DNA of 64,000 nucleotides from assembly GCF_009914755.1 (NCBI RefSeq), contig NC_060926.1, one strand, 5' to 3'. Each line of letters opens with the position of its first letter. The first letter of the stretch is position 1. The notes beneath the pieces were generated by a model. That model searched no databases, was not told where the DNA came from, and worked only from the letters and a program-made list of their open reading frames with translations. Shown one piece after another: positions 25,371 to 39,650 of the stretch. The position numbers were made by a program, and so were the translations under genes. This DNA is from the human T2T-CHM13v2.0 reference genome, Homo sapiens.

Positions 25371-27506
25371 AAGAGTCATGAAATGGTACCTGTCCTTCCT
25401 CCATGTGATGCACTCTGAAATTCTCTAAACTATTCAATTCCACTTTTAAAAATGTTGATTATGACCCGTAAAGTGATTCTGCAACTCAGTTTGAAAAGAC
25501 ATTGACTTCATTCCACTCCTTCATTTTATTGATGGCAGAACGGAGGTTCAAGAAGATTTAAGAGGTCTGTTAAGGTGTTGCAGCCAGTGAGTCAGAATTA
25601 CGATTCTGGACTGCATATCCTGTGTTCTGTCTACTACCCTGAGCAGCTTTTGCTCAAAAAGCACTGACCCAGCACAATTTCCTTTGCAAAAAAAGTAGAA
25701 GGTGAAATGAGAATGTGGATGACAAGGATAAATCTTGGAGAGGAAAGGAAGAATCCCTCATTCCCTCCTAATGCTCTTCTAAGCATTCTTTAAAGTAAAC
25801 ACAAATGGGTGTATGTGGTTTTATCCCCAAACTGAGACATACCAAGTGTCTTGTATTATAGACACATATTTGGAGCAGGTGAGCCATGTAGTACCTGGGT
25901 AGAAAACATGAGCCTTCTAATTTTAGAATGACTTCAGCTCCATGTGGGAAAACTCTAGACAATGGAACGGGGAAGCAGTTTGCAGTTCTGAAAAGCTTTT
26001 GTTAGGCGAGATGAGCAATAACCAGATTGCTTGCTTGCTGGCTGACACACGTTCTACCTGTTTTCCAAACAAGTAAAGCCTTCAAAGGCTTTTCCCTATA
26101 ATCTCATCTGCCTTCCTTCTGTGCACCCCCAGCTCAAACTTGCCACCTAAACGTATTTAAGCCCAGGGTCACCACTGAGATCTGATCACCATCTCCCTAA
26201 GCCAGCTGATAATGGTGACATTCCCCATGAATAATCGCACTGTAAATTTCCATGTTCTTTCATCCTCACCTCTGAGAAGCCTCCCAGACACTAAATTAAG
26301 CAAGCCTTCAAACATGCCTTGATTCCAGGTGGGTGTCCCTAGACACAGGCCAGAGGAAGGAGCAGAAGTTCAGAGGTTTAAAGTGCCGCCCTGAGTACCC
26401 AGCTCATGCAAGGCAGATAGCAGATGGAAGCCTGGAGGCTGGTTCCCGGGCGCCTGAGTAATGCCCTCACCACACCCCCTTGGTCATTAGAGTGAGTCTC
26501 ATGGAAATATGAGAACCAGATGGGCAGCCTGGGAACTGTGCAACATTTCTCAGGGTTAAGCAAGTAGCCACCCAACAACTTCTTAACCAGGGTGCATTCT
26601 GTCCCTCTTAAGGGGCATTTAAAAGTGTCTTTTGAAGATAGGTCATAACTCCTTCCTGGAGAGGGTGTGACAGGTGTTCTAAGCTATAGGTGCTGCCACC
26701 CTCGTCCTGCCTCCAGCTAATGTTTCTCTGCATGCTTTACAAATTGACAACCAACCTGATAAAAATACTCTGTCCCCAACCATGCTATTGATTTCACTCC
26801 CATGGCAACTATTTTCTAAATCATGCATTAAGCAGTCAGCCAAGTTTGCCCGTATCATTGTGACACATTCCCCCACGGGTTCCCATGCTGTCTTTTCTCA
26901 CCTGCATGGGAGGCTCCTTGAGGACAAGGCAGAGAAAGCCTGCTCCTTTGTATAGTTCCAGCAACTAGAATCTTTGAACCTGAATGTAAAAAAGCATCTA
27001 GTTCCAAGAAAATCAAATACGTGTCAGTGACACTACCACTTCCCTACCTTGGGCCTATGACAATTAGCATCACCAATGGATCAGTGCAGTACTTCCTAAA
27101 ACCTGCAGTCAGCCTTATAACCCTCCCCACCCTGGCTCTCCAAGTCATCTCTACCAATCCATCAGTGTGTGGTCATGTGAAAAACCTCACAGGCCACTTC
27201 TGATTCAAGTCCAATAGATGAGGAAACAAATCCAAACAGGAACCAGAAAACTAACTTGCCCAGTGACTGGACAAAAAAACTCAAAAAAACCCTCAGAAAA
27301 CTCAGAAAAAACTGAGACCAAATGGCCCAAAACCCATGATCTCTCACCTCCAGCCTCAGTCACCACATCCCTCTGCTGTCCCACTCAAATTGTCTGAGAA
27401 GCGTTTACTAATGACAATGCCAGTTTCCTATGACGCTGGCATCATCTGCCCTTTATATTTGGGGATCTAAGAGAAAGGAAGACAGGAAGAAACCAATGAA
27501 ATGTCA

Positions 27507-27875
<369 letters not shown>

Positions 27876-28199
27876 TCAGGAATGTATCAAAACCTATCTT
27901 GCATCCGTTATTATTTCTCATTCCCATCAACTCTTACAGTGAGAAGGCCTGCAAATTTACATCATGGGTAAAGTCCTTATAGCTTTTGTTCTAAAATTAC
28001 CCATTTTCACACCTAACTGGTGGGGATGGTTTCACACCATTTACATTTTTCTGGATGGTTTGTTTCTGGATTGATTCTGGGATTGAGTAAAGGAGCCCAC
28101 CAGCATCCAGAGCATTGGGAGTTAGGGGCACTCAGATGTGAAAGTCACTCAGCAGAGACATGAATACATTTTATGAAAACAGTGTTCACCTGAAAAGAA

Positions 28200-28585
28200 A
28201 TATAAGTAGAATGCAAGATACAAAAACATGAAAGTAAATGCAAATTAAAACGAAGTAGCACAAAATTAAATACAGCATCATCTACCTTCCATATCTGAGG
28301 ATCTAACAAAAAGGAATCATCATTGCCTTTCTGGTGCAGTAATGGAATTGTGGTGACGTTTTAAAAGGCTTTATCTGTTACGTATACGCATTGAAGTGTT
28401 ACGAGTGAAGTGGGCTTTGCTTTAAAATACCCCGGCACAGGGAGAAATTAGAAAGATAGGGAGAATAGATCAAAGAAAAATGACAGAATGATGCTAATTG
28501 TCAAAGCTGGGTGATGGGTATACAGGAACTGATTTCACTATCTCTTCTTCTGTGGATGAAGGTTTCTCTAATACAATGTTAACAG
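28200..28585 (+). mobile_element. Old L1M 3' UTR fragment
   Basis: ttgctttaaaatac...aaagctgggtgatgggtatacagg. Confidence 0.6.
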
Positions 28586-28608
28586 AGAGTTTTACTTATT
28601 AGTCATGA

Positions 28609-28610
<2 letters not shown>

Positions 28611-28650
<40 letters not shown>
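28611..28650. repeat. (AC)20 microsatellite
   Basis: Directly visible. Confidence 0.98.
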
Positions 28651-28654
<4 letters not shown>

Positions 28655-31600
28655 TACAATGACGGGCAGTGAGTGTGGCTGGTGGGAGTTGGTCCCCAGT
28701 TTGAGCTGCGCCCACCACAGGATTTCAGCCCTGTGCGGTGATGAGAGAGTGGGTGGGATGGGGTGGGAAGGCCTACCAGGGCCTGAGCAGTCCTCTAGGG
28801 GACAGGAAGGACACCCTAAAGGAAAGAAAGTTAAGCATAAGCCTGATCTAGTCATAAAGCCCCAGCCTTTGGAGGTGTGACTATAACACGGTCATCACCA
28901 CTTGGACTTTTCTCCTGGCCCAGCCCTCTCTGGATTCATGTCTGGGTCTCATGGGGCAGGGCCAAGAGTAAATAACTCTGGAAAGAGTAATTTCATTAAA
29001 TCTCTAAGGCCCTGGGGTGCAAGTTCTGTAGCTCAGTGACCCATCAAACAGAGAGCAACAGAGAGGGCAGACGGGCAGCCACCTCCCTCCTCTGCAGACT
29101 GGCAGCCAACCCGGGGGGCTTGAGGCTCTCTGGACTTTAGAAGGTGTGGCACTGCCTCTGCTCTCACAGACCACCTCAGGCCCCCGAGTGGCACTGAGCT
29201 GGTTACAGGGTAATATGCAACGCAGCAGGGGTTCAACTGCTGTTTTCTGACCACATGTCACAATGAGGGGAAGTAAACCTCAGAGATGTTCTCATAGAAA
29301 GTTCAGGAAGAAAAGATGGAACAGAGGTTGTTCACGACTGCAAAAAGAATAGTCCCCTTCTGGACAAATTTATCAGGTCTGCCCACATCTGCCCAGCAGG
29401 GCCTAGGGAACCCCAAAAGGCCTAGGCAGGAGTTATGCCAGGCTCCTGGGGAACAGGCTCCAGGGCGACATCCCTTAGGGTTTTCTTGTCTGTCTGAATG
29501 GATGGAGACTTGGAGGAGGGGGTCAAATAACCAAGAGGACCCCCTTCTCTATGCATGGCAGTGTCAGCACTTGCCATCATTGCAACTTGTCACCTGATTC
29601 AGTGGAGAACATGGCTCTTGGCCTACCAGGTCTTAGAGTGTGAATCAGGAGGAGCAGGAGGAAGGCTTCACCAGAGAGCCGGGAAACTAGGGATAGAGGC
29701 CTGGGGCACAGGACTCCATCTCCCCCTTCTGGCTTAATCTCAAGGCCTTTATACCTCAGTTCTACCCAATTTGGCTTAGAAGAGAACAGGGAGGGTGAGG
29801 AAAACACAGGAGGCTTCTTAGCCCATGGAGATGCGTGGAGATCATAGTGACAAGTATCAAAATGAGTGGTAACCCCCAACTGGCCCAGTGTCCAGGTTCT
29901 CTCAAATGATACCCAGTGCGTAAGTGTTGCTAGAGTATCAGTACTTTCTAGTGTTTGGGCAGGTCACCAGAGGTCTATCTGTAGGAGGGGCAGAAGGTGA
30001 AGCTTGGGGCAAGTGCATTCTAGAAAGGGGGTTGGGGCAATTCTGAGAATGGCATGGTGAAGTTACTAAGCTATCCTCTTTTTCCTCCCTATATGTTCAT
30101 ATCTGAGTCCTTTGTGGATGGGAGGTAATTAAAAAGTGAAAGTACTGCTTTATGGAAACCCTAGTAGACCCTGGACTCCAGATGCACTGTTTTGAGGTGG
30201 ACACACTTACACCTTTCCACTTCCAGCCCCAACAAAGCACGACACAGAGTGGGACAGGCATTTTCTTCTGTGTCATCATGGACCACCAAGTGGCTTAGGC
30301 ACCTTAAGGGTCCAAGCGCATCAAGGATAACAGTAGCAAGGGGGACTGGTGGGGCTGCAGGAGCAGTGGTACCCAGTGGGACTGGCAGTGTCGCCTCCAG
30401 TGGGTTTGGAGGGAAAGGCCTGAAGGAGGAGAAGAGACCAGGGACACGGTGTGGTTGGCTACAGAATTTATGAATAGGTAAGAAACCCGCCCCCTCCCAC
30501 TGGAACCTCTCTGAAATAACTATGGAGACACAGCAGGAGGCTAGTGCAGTAACAGATGGGAGCAGAAGTTACTGAAACACACTCTGTGCTAACCAGGGAG
30601 TTGTGGGACTGGTGCACTCACACACTGCTGGGAGAAATCAGCACCATTCACTCGGAAAGCTATCTGGCAGTTTGTACCAAGGGTCATAAATCTGTATTTA
30701 TTCCTGTTTCCGGAGACACATGCTGAGGAAAGAATCCAAAAGGTGGAAAAAGCTTCTAGGCATGAAGAGGTAGCATCATAACTTAAGAAACTAGAGCCAC
30801 CGTAAATATCCAATGGGAAATGTTTCATTAAATCACCCATGTTCACTTTAATGAGACAGCATGACATTTTAAGAGAAGAGATTTCAAGACTTTCCAGCAA
30901 CATGGAACAATGCACAGCCCCAACATTTGAGCTTAAAAAGCAGGAATCCACATTGTTTCCTCACCAGGACTACTCGTATAAAAATATTAACACACATGGA
31001 GAAAGGGCAAAAGCAACATGCAAATCAAACAGAGGTTGCTCCCCTGCAGTGCTGTGGCCACTGATGGTTTGCCTCCTACATGTCCCAAGCTCTCCACTAT
31101 TTTGATTTAGAATCTTTAAAATAATAATAAAAAAAAATACCGATTTTTTTTTTTTTTTACTATAAGTATTAAAACGTAAACCAGAAAATAACTAAACAAA
31201 GGTCACCGATGAGGGTTCAGAAATCTGGGTTCTACTTCAGGTGGACTATTACGAGAGTGGGGAAAACATAGCTGGCCCCAAGCTCTGGGGTCCTGCAGGC
31301 CCTGTTTTGGCACACTTGCCCACAGGAATTGTCTGAACAGCTGAAGAGAGACACGTAGGGGAGGCCCCTGAGGGGGCCAGGAACAGCCCCCCCTTGGGCC
31401 TGCAGTTAAGACCTTCCAGTGAGCGCCTCCTCGCCCCTGAGGAGGGGGCAGAGAGGACTCCGGGACAGGCGTGTGCTCGGTGGGCAGGAGGCCAGGGAGG
31501 GAGCTCTTGAGGAGCCACACAGCAGCAGGCCCGCTCCCTTCCCACACACGATCCACACACCCACGGCAGCTGCACTCACCACTCAGCGGGGACGTGCTGT

Positions 31601-31756
31601 TCTCCAAGGCCTGGCACGCAGCCAACACAATACCTGTTGGGTGGAGGAGAAGAGGGAAAAGGTCAGAGTCTGCTTGGCAAATGATGTCCTCAGACGCTTA
31701 GAGGGCAGGCCCTTTGACAGGCAAAGGTTCGGTAGTTTCACAGAGTGGCCGGTAGA

Positions 31757-32744
31757 CAGGCTCAGCTACATAATTTGTGGATATCAGTGCAAAATGAGCA
31801 CATGGGACCCCTTGTTGAAAAAGTAAGAAGAAAATGCCCATGAAAAGCACTGAAATCCAGAGCCTTCCACTTCTTCCCAGTCTCTCTCTCCATCTGTCAG
31901 GGTGGTTTTGGCCTTTGTTTTTTCTTAACACCTTATAAATATATATTTTTTTATGGTGGGAAAATATACGTAACATAAAATTTACCATTTCAACCATTTT
32001 AATTGTACATTTCAGTGACATTAAGTACCTTCACCCTGTTGTTCATGTCATCATGTTTGTTTGCTATTTATGTCATTGCTGTCCTTTGGGTATGAGGATA
32101 CCCACAGGTTGAGTGCAGCCTCTCACAGGTATACCCCAGGGACAGAGTGTGTAAGGGAGCAAAGGACCCACTCCCTCTGGGGTTTCCTTCCAGCTGGCAG
32201 CCGGGCCAATGTGCTGTGACCCAGCTGGGGGTTGAGGGGTCTAGTCAGGTATCTCTTATTCCCAGGAAGTGGCTGTCCCAACCCAAGATGGATGGGTGAC
32301 CCCTTAAGGATATTGCCTCCTCCCTGCCAGGATGTACTAGGTACCTGGATCAGGGGGAGTCAAGCAGCTCACCCCTCTCTAGTTGCCCACTGAAGATGCC
32401 ATGGAGCTGCCAGTCCAGAATGGGGACAGCTGCCACCATGCCGTACCCTGAGATGCCATGTACTTAACCCCAGGCCCTGCCAGGGATAGATCATGGCAGG
32501 AGCAAGAAAACCTAGGGGAGGCAGGGAGATATTAATAAGCAGGACCACGGGAACAAAGCCTCTAAGCCCCCAGTGCATACTGTATTGTCCCACTGGACTT
32601 CACCTACAAGACGCAAATTTAAAGATAAAACTACAAGATTTTTAAGACTGCAGCTGCAGAGTGTTAAACCTCAAGCTCAGGGCCCTTGTGAGCATGGGGT
32701 CCTGTGTGACCTATACAGGTTGCATGCCCATAAAACCAGCCCTG
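31757..32744. mobile_element. hAT-Tip100 family element with MER91-like ends
   Basis: Left end gctacataatttgtgg...cagtgcaaaatga; right end ggggtcctgtgtgacc...gcccataaaaccagccctg. Confidence 0.6.
31945..32043 (-). mobile_element. L1MB-type 3' end stub
   Basis: aaaatatacgtaacataaaatttaccatttcaaccattttt...acattaagtaccttcac. Confidence 0.75.
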
Positions 32745-34199
32745 CCAACAGATGACCTTTATGTGCCTTCAGATTACAGTACTCGAGGTTTCTGGAAATG
32801 GTAGCAACCTTCCAATGAAGAAGGAACCTCTTCTGAGTTATGCAATCAGCATGAGCCACATTAGAATGACTTCCCAAAACTGAAACGCAAAAAGATGCCA
32901 GAGTTGCTGTGCCGAGGGGCTGGGCCTCTGACAGGTTAGCTCAGAAAGCAAATGAATCAAGTTAGCACAGGAAACAAGCAAAGTTCTGTCTGTTACAGGA
33001 TCGATGCAGCCCCCTACTCTGCAGGCTGTGAGGGTTCCTTGCCCCTTTTCACTTAGGGTGTAGACACAGAAGTCCTGACTCTCAAAGAACAAAACACACT
33101 TGGAATAGATAAAGCAATCATGCTCCCGATGTTCCTTCCAACCTCTGAAATGAGAAACATAAGAACTTCAGACTGCTTTTACTGGAGGTCTGGCATGGAC
33201 CTCCGAAAGACTTTTACAGAATCCTAAGCCAGATGTTTGGGCTGGAGTTGGAGGCAGGGCAGGGGGACAGGGAGAGAAAATCAGTAAAATCATGCATGTC
33301 TTCCCTGTGCAATTCTTTCTTGCTGTCCAATTGATGCTAATTTTGGAAGCAAGGCTCCCAGGGCCCCTCTGTCACCCACACACCAGTGTTAAAACAAGGC
33401 ATCCCCATCCAAGCCGGGAAAAGTCAGCAGTTGCCCCCTTGAAGCTGGGGAACAGTCATGTTCTGACTTCGCTGGCACTGCCACAAACCATCCTTGGCTA
33501 AAGTCAGCCAGTGACTCATAATAGTGTTCAAGGATGACACCGGGGATGCTTTGCATACTCTGAGGGGAAGCGTGACTTGCCTGTCACAAACTGCCCCTGA
33601 ACTAAAGAATTATCTTCATGCCCTGTTCCTGCTCCCTATCCTGTCAGTCAGGGTGAACCCAGTCAGCATGGTTCCTGGGCTCCATGTTGGCCTCTGCTTA
33701 AGCAAAACCCAGACAAGAAAGCAAACACTGTACAGCTGAATCCAGGACAAGACACTGATGAGCACCACTGCTCCAGGAAGATGAGGGTGTGCAATGGGGG
33801 CCTGCTCCCCAGCCTTGGGGCAAATTACTTCACCTTCTGTTCCTCACCTGTGAGCTCGCAGCTGCTAAACTCACAGAGGTGTTTTGGGAATGAATTAAAG
33901 TTTGCAAAACCACGATGTTCCACAGATGAAAGACACTGGCTTTTTATTCATAATTTGAGCAACACAAGAAGAATAGGTCCTTTCTATACCCTCACGGAAA
34001 ACAACTTCTTGGTGCCCTGGGCTTCACTCTGCAATCTTGATCCATGCCTAGCATCAGCTGAGGCCCTGTGATGAGCGGCAAGGCCTCTGCTTTGTCTTCA
34101 TCATGTGGTGAACCTAAGAGGACCCTGGAGCAGGAGGACAGGGCTCAGGTCTCTCACTTTGCAGGTGGATGTGTACCACTTTTTGGGCATGACCTAGTC

Positions 34200-34400
34200 C
34201 CAGGCCTAGTGCTAATGTTCTGCATGTGTTCTCTTACTTAGTCCTTATAACAACTCATGACATAGGTGCCTCCCAACCTTCTGGTCCAGCTGGTAGAAAT
34301 GCCCAGTCATAGAGATGAAGAAACTGAGGCTTAGAGAGGTTAAGAAATTTGCCCAAGCTCCTGCAGCCACATTCAAACTCAAGTGTCTCCAACTCCCATG
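34200..34400 (-). mobile_element. MIR
   Basis: agatgaagaaactgaggcttagagaggttaagaaatttgcccaag. Confidence 0.75.
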
Positions 34401-36599
34401 CACAAGACAGTGTCTAATTACCAGACCACACCACAGTCCTTCTCACCATGGCCAGTTGTGACACAGGTGTGTATTCAGCAGTCACAAACCCCAAGTTAGT
34501 CCAAACAACAGACTCTGCAGGCCCAGCGGCTGAGCCTTGATCCGTCTCTCCCTGAGAGTCATGCATTGCCTCTTGGGGATTCTCCCACTGCCTCCAGTCT
34601 CCCTGCCATGAACAAGGTCTAATGAGGGGCAAAGGTATGAGCACCCAGGCTCACCAGCTGCCCAGCCCTCTGGCCACACGACTGTGCTTAGAAAGCCAGG
34701 CTGTGTGAGGACCTTCCAGAAACATGTGGCCTTGGCAGGCTCCAAGGGTCACTCCAAACAAAGGAAGGATGGGGAGAGGACAGCCACAGGCACCGCAGCC
34801 ACATGCAGTGGCTCAGGGAGACACACAGTGCACAGGCCTGGTGGCCCACAGCCACAGGCTCCTCCTGCCTAAGTTTCAAAGCAGGTCCTTGCCCGCCGCA
34901 GGCCCTCGGGACAGGAAGGCTTCTAGGAATCCCTTCTAGGCCACTCCTGCTGGCATCCTATTTCTGTTTAAATAGCTCCAAAGAGGGAAATCCCAAGACT
35001 GTGGACTTCAAAAAGAAAAAAGAAAAGAAGGGGGTGGTATCAAGGGGAAAACCACATGCAACGGAAGAAAACCCTTATGAAAGGCTGATCCTGTGTCCCT
35101 CAAAATAGAGTGGGAACCTGGTCTGCCCTTAGGATGGACAAGTGTTGCCATGCTTATCGTTCAGCTGTTTGGTACTCAGGTAAATGTTCCCAACAGAAAC
35201 AAGGTAAAAAGGAGGCTCACCCATTTAGCTCATGAGTCCCCAGAAGTGGAGCCATCCCAAAACCTATGTGCTGATGTGTCAATGGGAAATGCTCTTAAGA
35301 GAGGCTGGACACCCCTCTCCCCTGGGCCCCAGAGCAGGATACCCCCACTCCAACTCCTCAATCAGGCATGGGACTAGCAATTCTGCACAGATACCCAGGC
35401 TGTGCCTTCAGCGTCAGACACCCTTCATCATCAACCACCCATTGGCCTGGTGACCACCTCTTCTGTGGACACTCAGCTATAGTGCCTGGAGCTGGGAGGA
35501 GCATCCTCTGGCCCCTGACCACCTCAGCAGAGTGGACCATGTCCTGCTCTGGCCTCTGCTGGGGCTGGGGTTTGCTTTCAGGCCCCTATGTACTCCACTG
35601 CATGGATCAGTTGCTCCCTCTAGAATATCAAGAGCTCTACCTTTCACCTGTTTGGGATCCTCTAAGCCAGACTTCCTGCATGAAGGGATGAAGGGTAAGT
35701 TTTTGTTTTCAGGGGGATGTGGGAGGATGAAGAGGCTGCAGCAGGTCCTTTTGGATGAAGGATGTTCTGGATTCAGACGAGGTGGTGAGGAAAGGCCTTT
35801 GGATGAAGAACACGCTCAGGGCGGGAGGATAGGAATTGTGCTAGAGGGCAGGGCAGAAGGGAGTGTGGGTATTCAGAGGGCAGCAGGTTTCCCCCTTCCT
35901 CCCCTACCATTCTTAGACCTGGCAGGTCCTAAGGAACAGGAAGTAGTTAGTGGTACGTAGACGGTGGGAATCCTGCTGCTCAGGGAGAGGTCTGCAAAGG
36001 CTCCCATGTAGGCATAAATATATAAAGAAATGGGCCACACAGAACCCAGGGCCAGATAGTATAGGTTCATGGCATCTTCCCTTATGAATTATATCCCAAC
36101 ATTCAAATTTTATTTGCAAGCATGGCAGGATTTTAACTGCGTAGCAAAAATCACTAAATTGTATGATTTCATCAATATTTTTAAATCCAAGAGGTTGACA
36201 GCCAGGTGAGGATGCTGGCTTCAGGGTAAGAACTGATTAAGAAGGAAAAAGGGAAGGCCCTGCAGAGGAGGACTATGAGCAAGGCTGGTAGGATGAGCGT
36301 ACCATGGACTATCCACAAACTCATTGGGATATTAAGGTCAAAAGTAGCCATGTGGCATCTCCATTGGACAGCAGCAAGTTCCAACTAGAAAAATCTCGGG
36401 AAATACTTCATGATTATGACATCACAGGAAATGATCCAGCATTACCTGAAAGCTCATAGGAATTTTCCATATCCATCTAAACATATCTGACAATAGCAAA
36501 AAACAAAGTATTCAGAATGAATCTTCAGGATCAGGGAGGCAAGAGAGATGGGCAGATGGGTGCCTGCACCACAACCCCCTACCACTTTCTAGCCTGTCA

Positions 36600-36775
36600 C
36601 AGCACAGCAGAAAGGGGCTTTGCCATCAGGCCTGGGTGCAAATCCTGGCTCTGCCACTCCTTCACTGTGAGATCTTGGCTCTATTATGTACCCTTGCTAA
36701 GGCTTGGTGTGCTCATCCATAAAACAAGGATAACAGCCCTTCATGGGACTTGCAAGGATTAAGTGAAACAAAATG
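36600..36775 (+). mobile_element. MIR
   Basis: cctgggtgcaaatcctggctctgccact...aggattaagtga. Confidence 0.7.
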
Positions 36776-37025
36776 AAATAGAGTACATGAGGTCCATAAG
36801 TCACCATGAGCACCCACTGAACACAGCACTTGATGGGGCTTCATGTTGGTCCTGTTTCATCATAACTTCCAGGAAGTTCAGGATGATGAGGAGGTGGTCA
36901 TGACCCTCCTCCCTTTGGAAATCACTAAGGGAACTTCAACGAAGGGTTTTACTTGAGGCCCCGGGGTCGCCCAGCTGCAGGCTACTGATGTTCCATGGAC
37001 TGATCTTGAAATAGCATGCCTTTTA

Positions 37026-37256
<231 letters not shown>

Positions 37257-37469
37257 TTACTTATGTTAACTAATCAAATATTTATTTAGCACCTACATAC
37301 TGTGAGCAAATTAAGTAAAAAAAGAGAAATCTGAGACCTTTGACTTTCCCTTAAAATGTTCAAGTCACGTGGGACAGCAACTACCCGAGAAAAATGGAAT
37401 CCTCCCTACTTCAACAAAGGCAGACAAGTGTAGGCTGTTGAAGTTATCACTACAGCCCACCAAGGCACC

Positions 37470-38130
37470 GGACCGACCCTATATTCCCATAGATGCTTCC
37501 CCTGCTTCCATGCCCAAACACTATCTCCAACCTCCACCACTCTCCACAAGGCCTGTACCCCAGATCATGTGTTCAAAATTGAACTCATGTCTTCCACCTC
37601 TTCCTTGGTTCTGGGCGGGACTGATAACTAGGCAGTCATTGTCAGCCCTTCCCTCTCCTTCACCCAGTATCCAAGCCAAGCCCTCCTACACACCCAGCCT
37701 CCACACCGTCCATCCTATCCATCCCCCTGCATCCCTGCTGTTACTGCCCCAATTCAGGCCCTATCATCTCTCCCTGTGCTATCAAAATAGTTGTTAGACT
37801 GGTTTTCTTGCCAACAGCTTAAAAAAAAAAATCTTTGCTCCTACTACTAGACTGACCTTGCTGAATGAAATCACTCCTATCCTCTAAGCTCTCCATGGGC
37901 TCTGTACCACTCACAGAACCCAGTGCAGAGACAGAACCCAGCCCCAAGTCCTGAGTAGAGATTTAGCATGCATAACCTGATCCTAGACCTCGTTTCCACC
38001 TAAACTCCACCCATTCCCTCCTGTCAGGTCCTCTGACCCCAGCTGCCCAGCACTGCCCCTTTTCCCTGCACAAAAATTGGCACTCCCAACTTGGTGCCTT
38101 GGGTTCATGCTACTAGGATCCTCACCCAAC
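37470..38130 (+). mobile_element. Diverged LINE2 fragment
   Basis: tcaaaattgaactcat, caggccctatcatctctccctg motifs; C/T-rich. Confidence 0.55.
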
Positions 38131-38149
38131 TTCTTATGGCTGCTGACTT

Positions 38150-38643
<494 letters not shown>

Positions 38644-39141
38644 TATTGACAGTTTTCATTCACATCATGCTGATCTCTCAAGTCGGCATATCCCATCCTC
38701 TACCCATGGGAATCAAATTGGCCTCTCAAAGCCTTGCTCAAATGTCAGAAATAATCATTTCTTCCTCAGAGGAATCCTTACTTTATTCTGCCTTGCAGTT
38801 CAGAAGTTTTTACATCTTACCTGTCTCTCCTCTCTAGTGCGGTCAGGAGCTGTGGCTAAATCATCTCTATCCTTACACCTGGCCTAACGCACCTACATAG
38901 GATTTTAATACATTTATGTTGAACTGAATTTCTCTAAGAGGTCACCAGCTTGAAAACAGAGTTAAAGTCTCATCAAAGACTTGGACTAGGGGCTGGGTAG
39001 TGAGTAGTGAGGGTGTACAGATGGGGAATGGGAAAACCTGCAGATCCTCGGGAATTCCTTTACTTCTAGTCTAGATCCCTGCCGCTACAGCTCTAGGTCT
39101 TGGTTCTTACTCTAATTTCAGTGGAGATGAGGAGCACTTGA

Positions 39142-39443
<302 letters not shown>

Positions 39444-39532
39444 CCAACTTTTATTTTAAGTTCAGGGGTACACGTGCAGGATGTGCAGGTTTGTTACTTA
39501 AGTAGACGTGGGCCATGGTGGTTTGCTGCACA
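39444..39532 (-). mobile_element. Older L1PA extreme 3' stub
   Basis: gttcaggggtacacgtgcaggatgtgcaggtttgttac...gccatggtggtttgctgcacag; outer TSD gagcacttgaat at 39132 and 39533. Confidence 0.85.
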
Positions 39533-39549
39533 GAGCACTTGAATCCTGA

Positions 39550-39650
39550 CATTCATTCATTCAACAAGTGCTCACTGAGCACCTGCTGCACCATTAGCGG
39601 GACATTGTCTAGGTGCTGGGCAGAGAGCAATGAATGAAAAGTCCCTTCCT
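39550..39650 (-). mobile_element. LINE2 3' end
   Basis: cattcattcattcaacaagtgctcactgagcacctgct. Confidence 0.7.
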
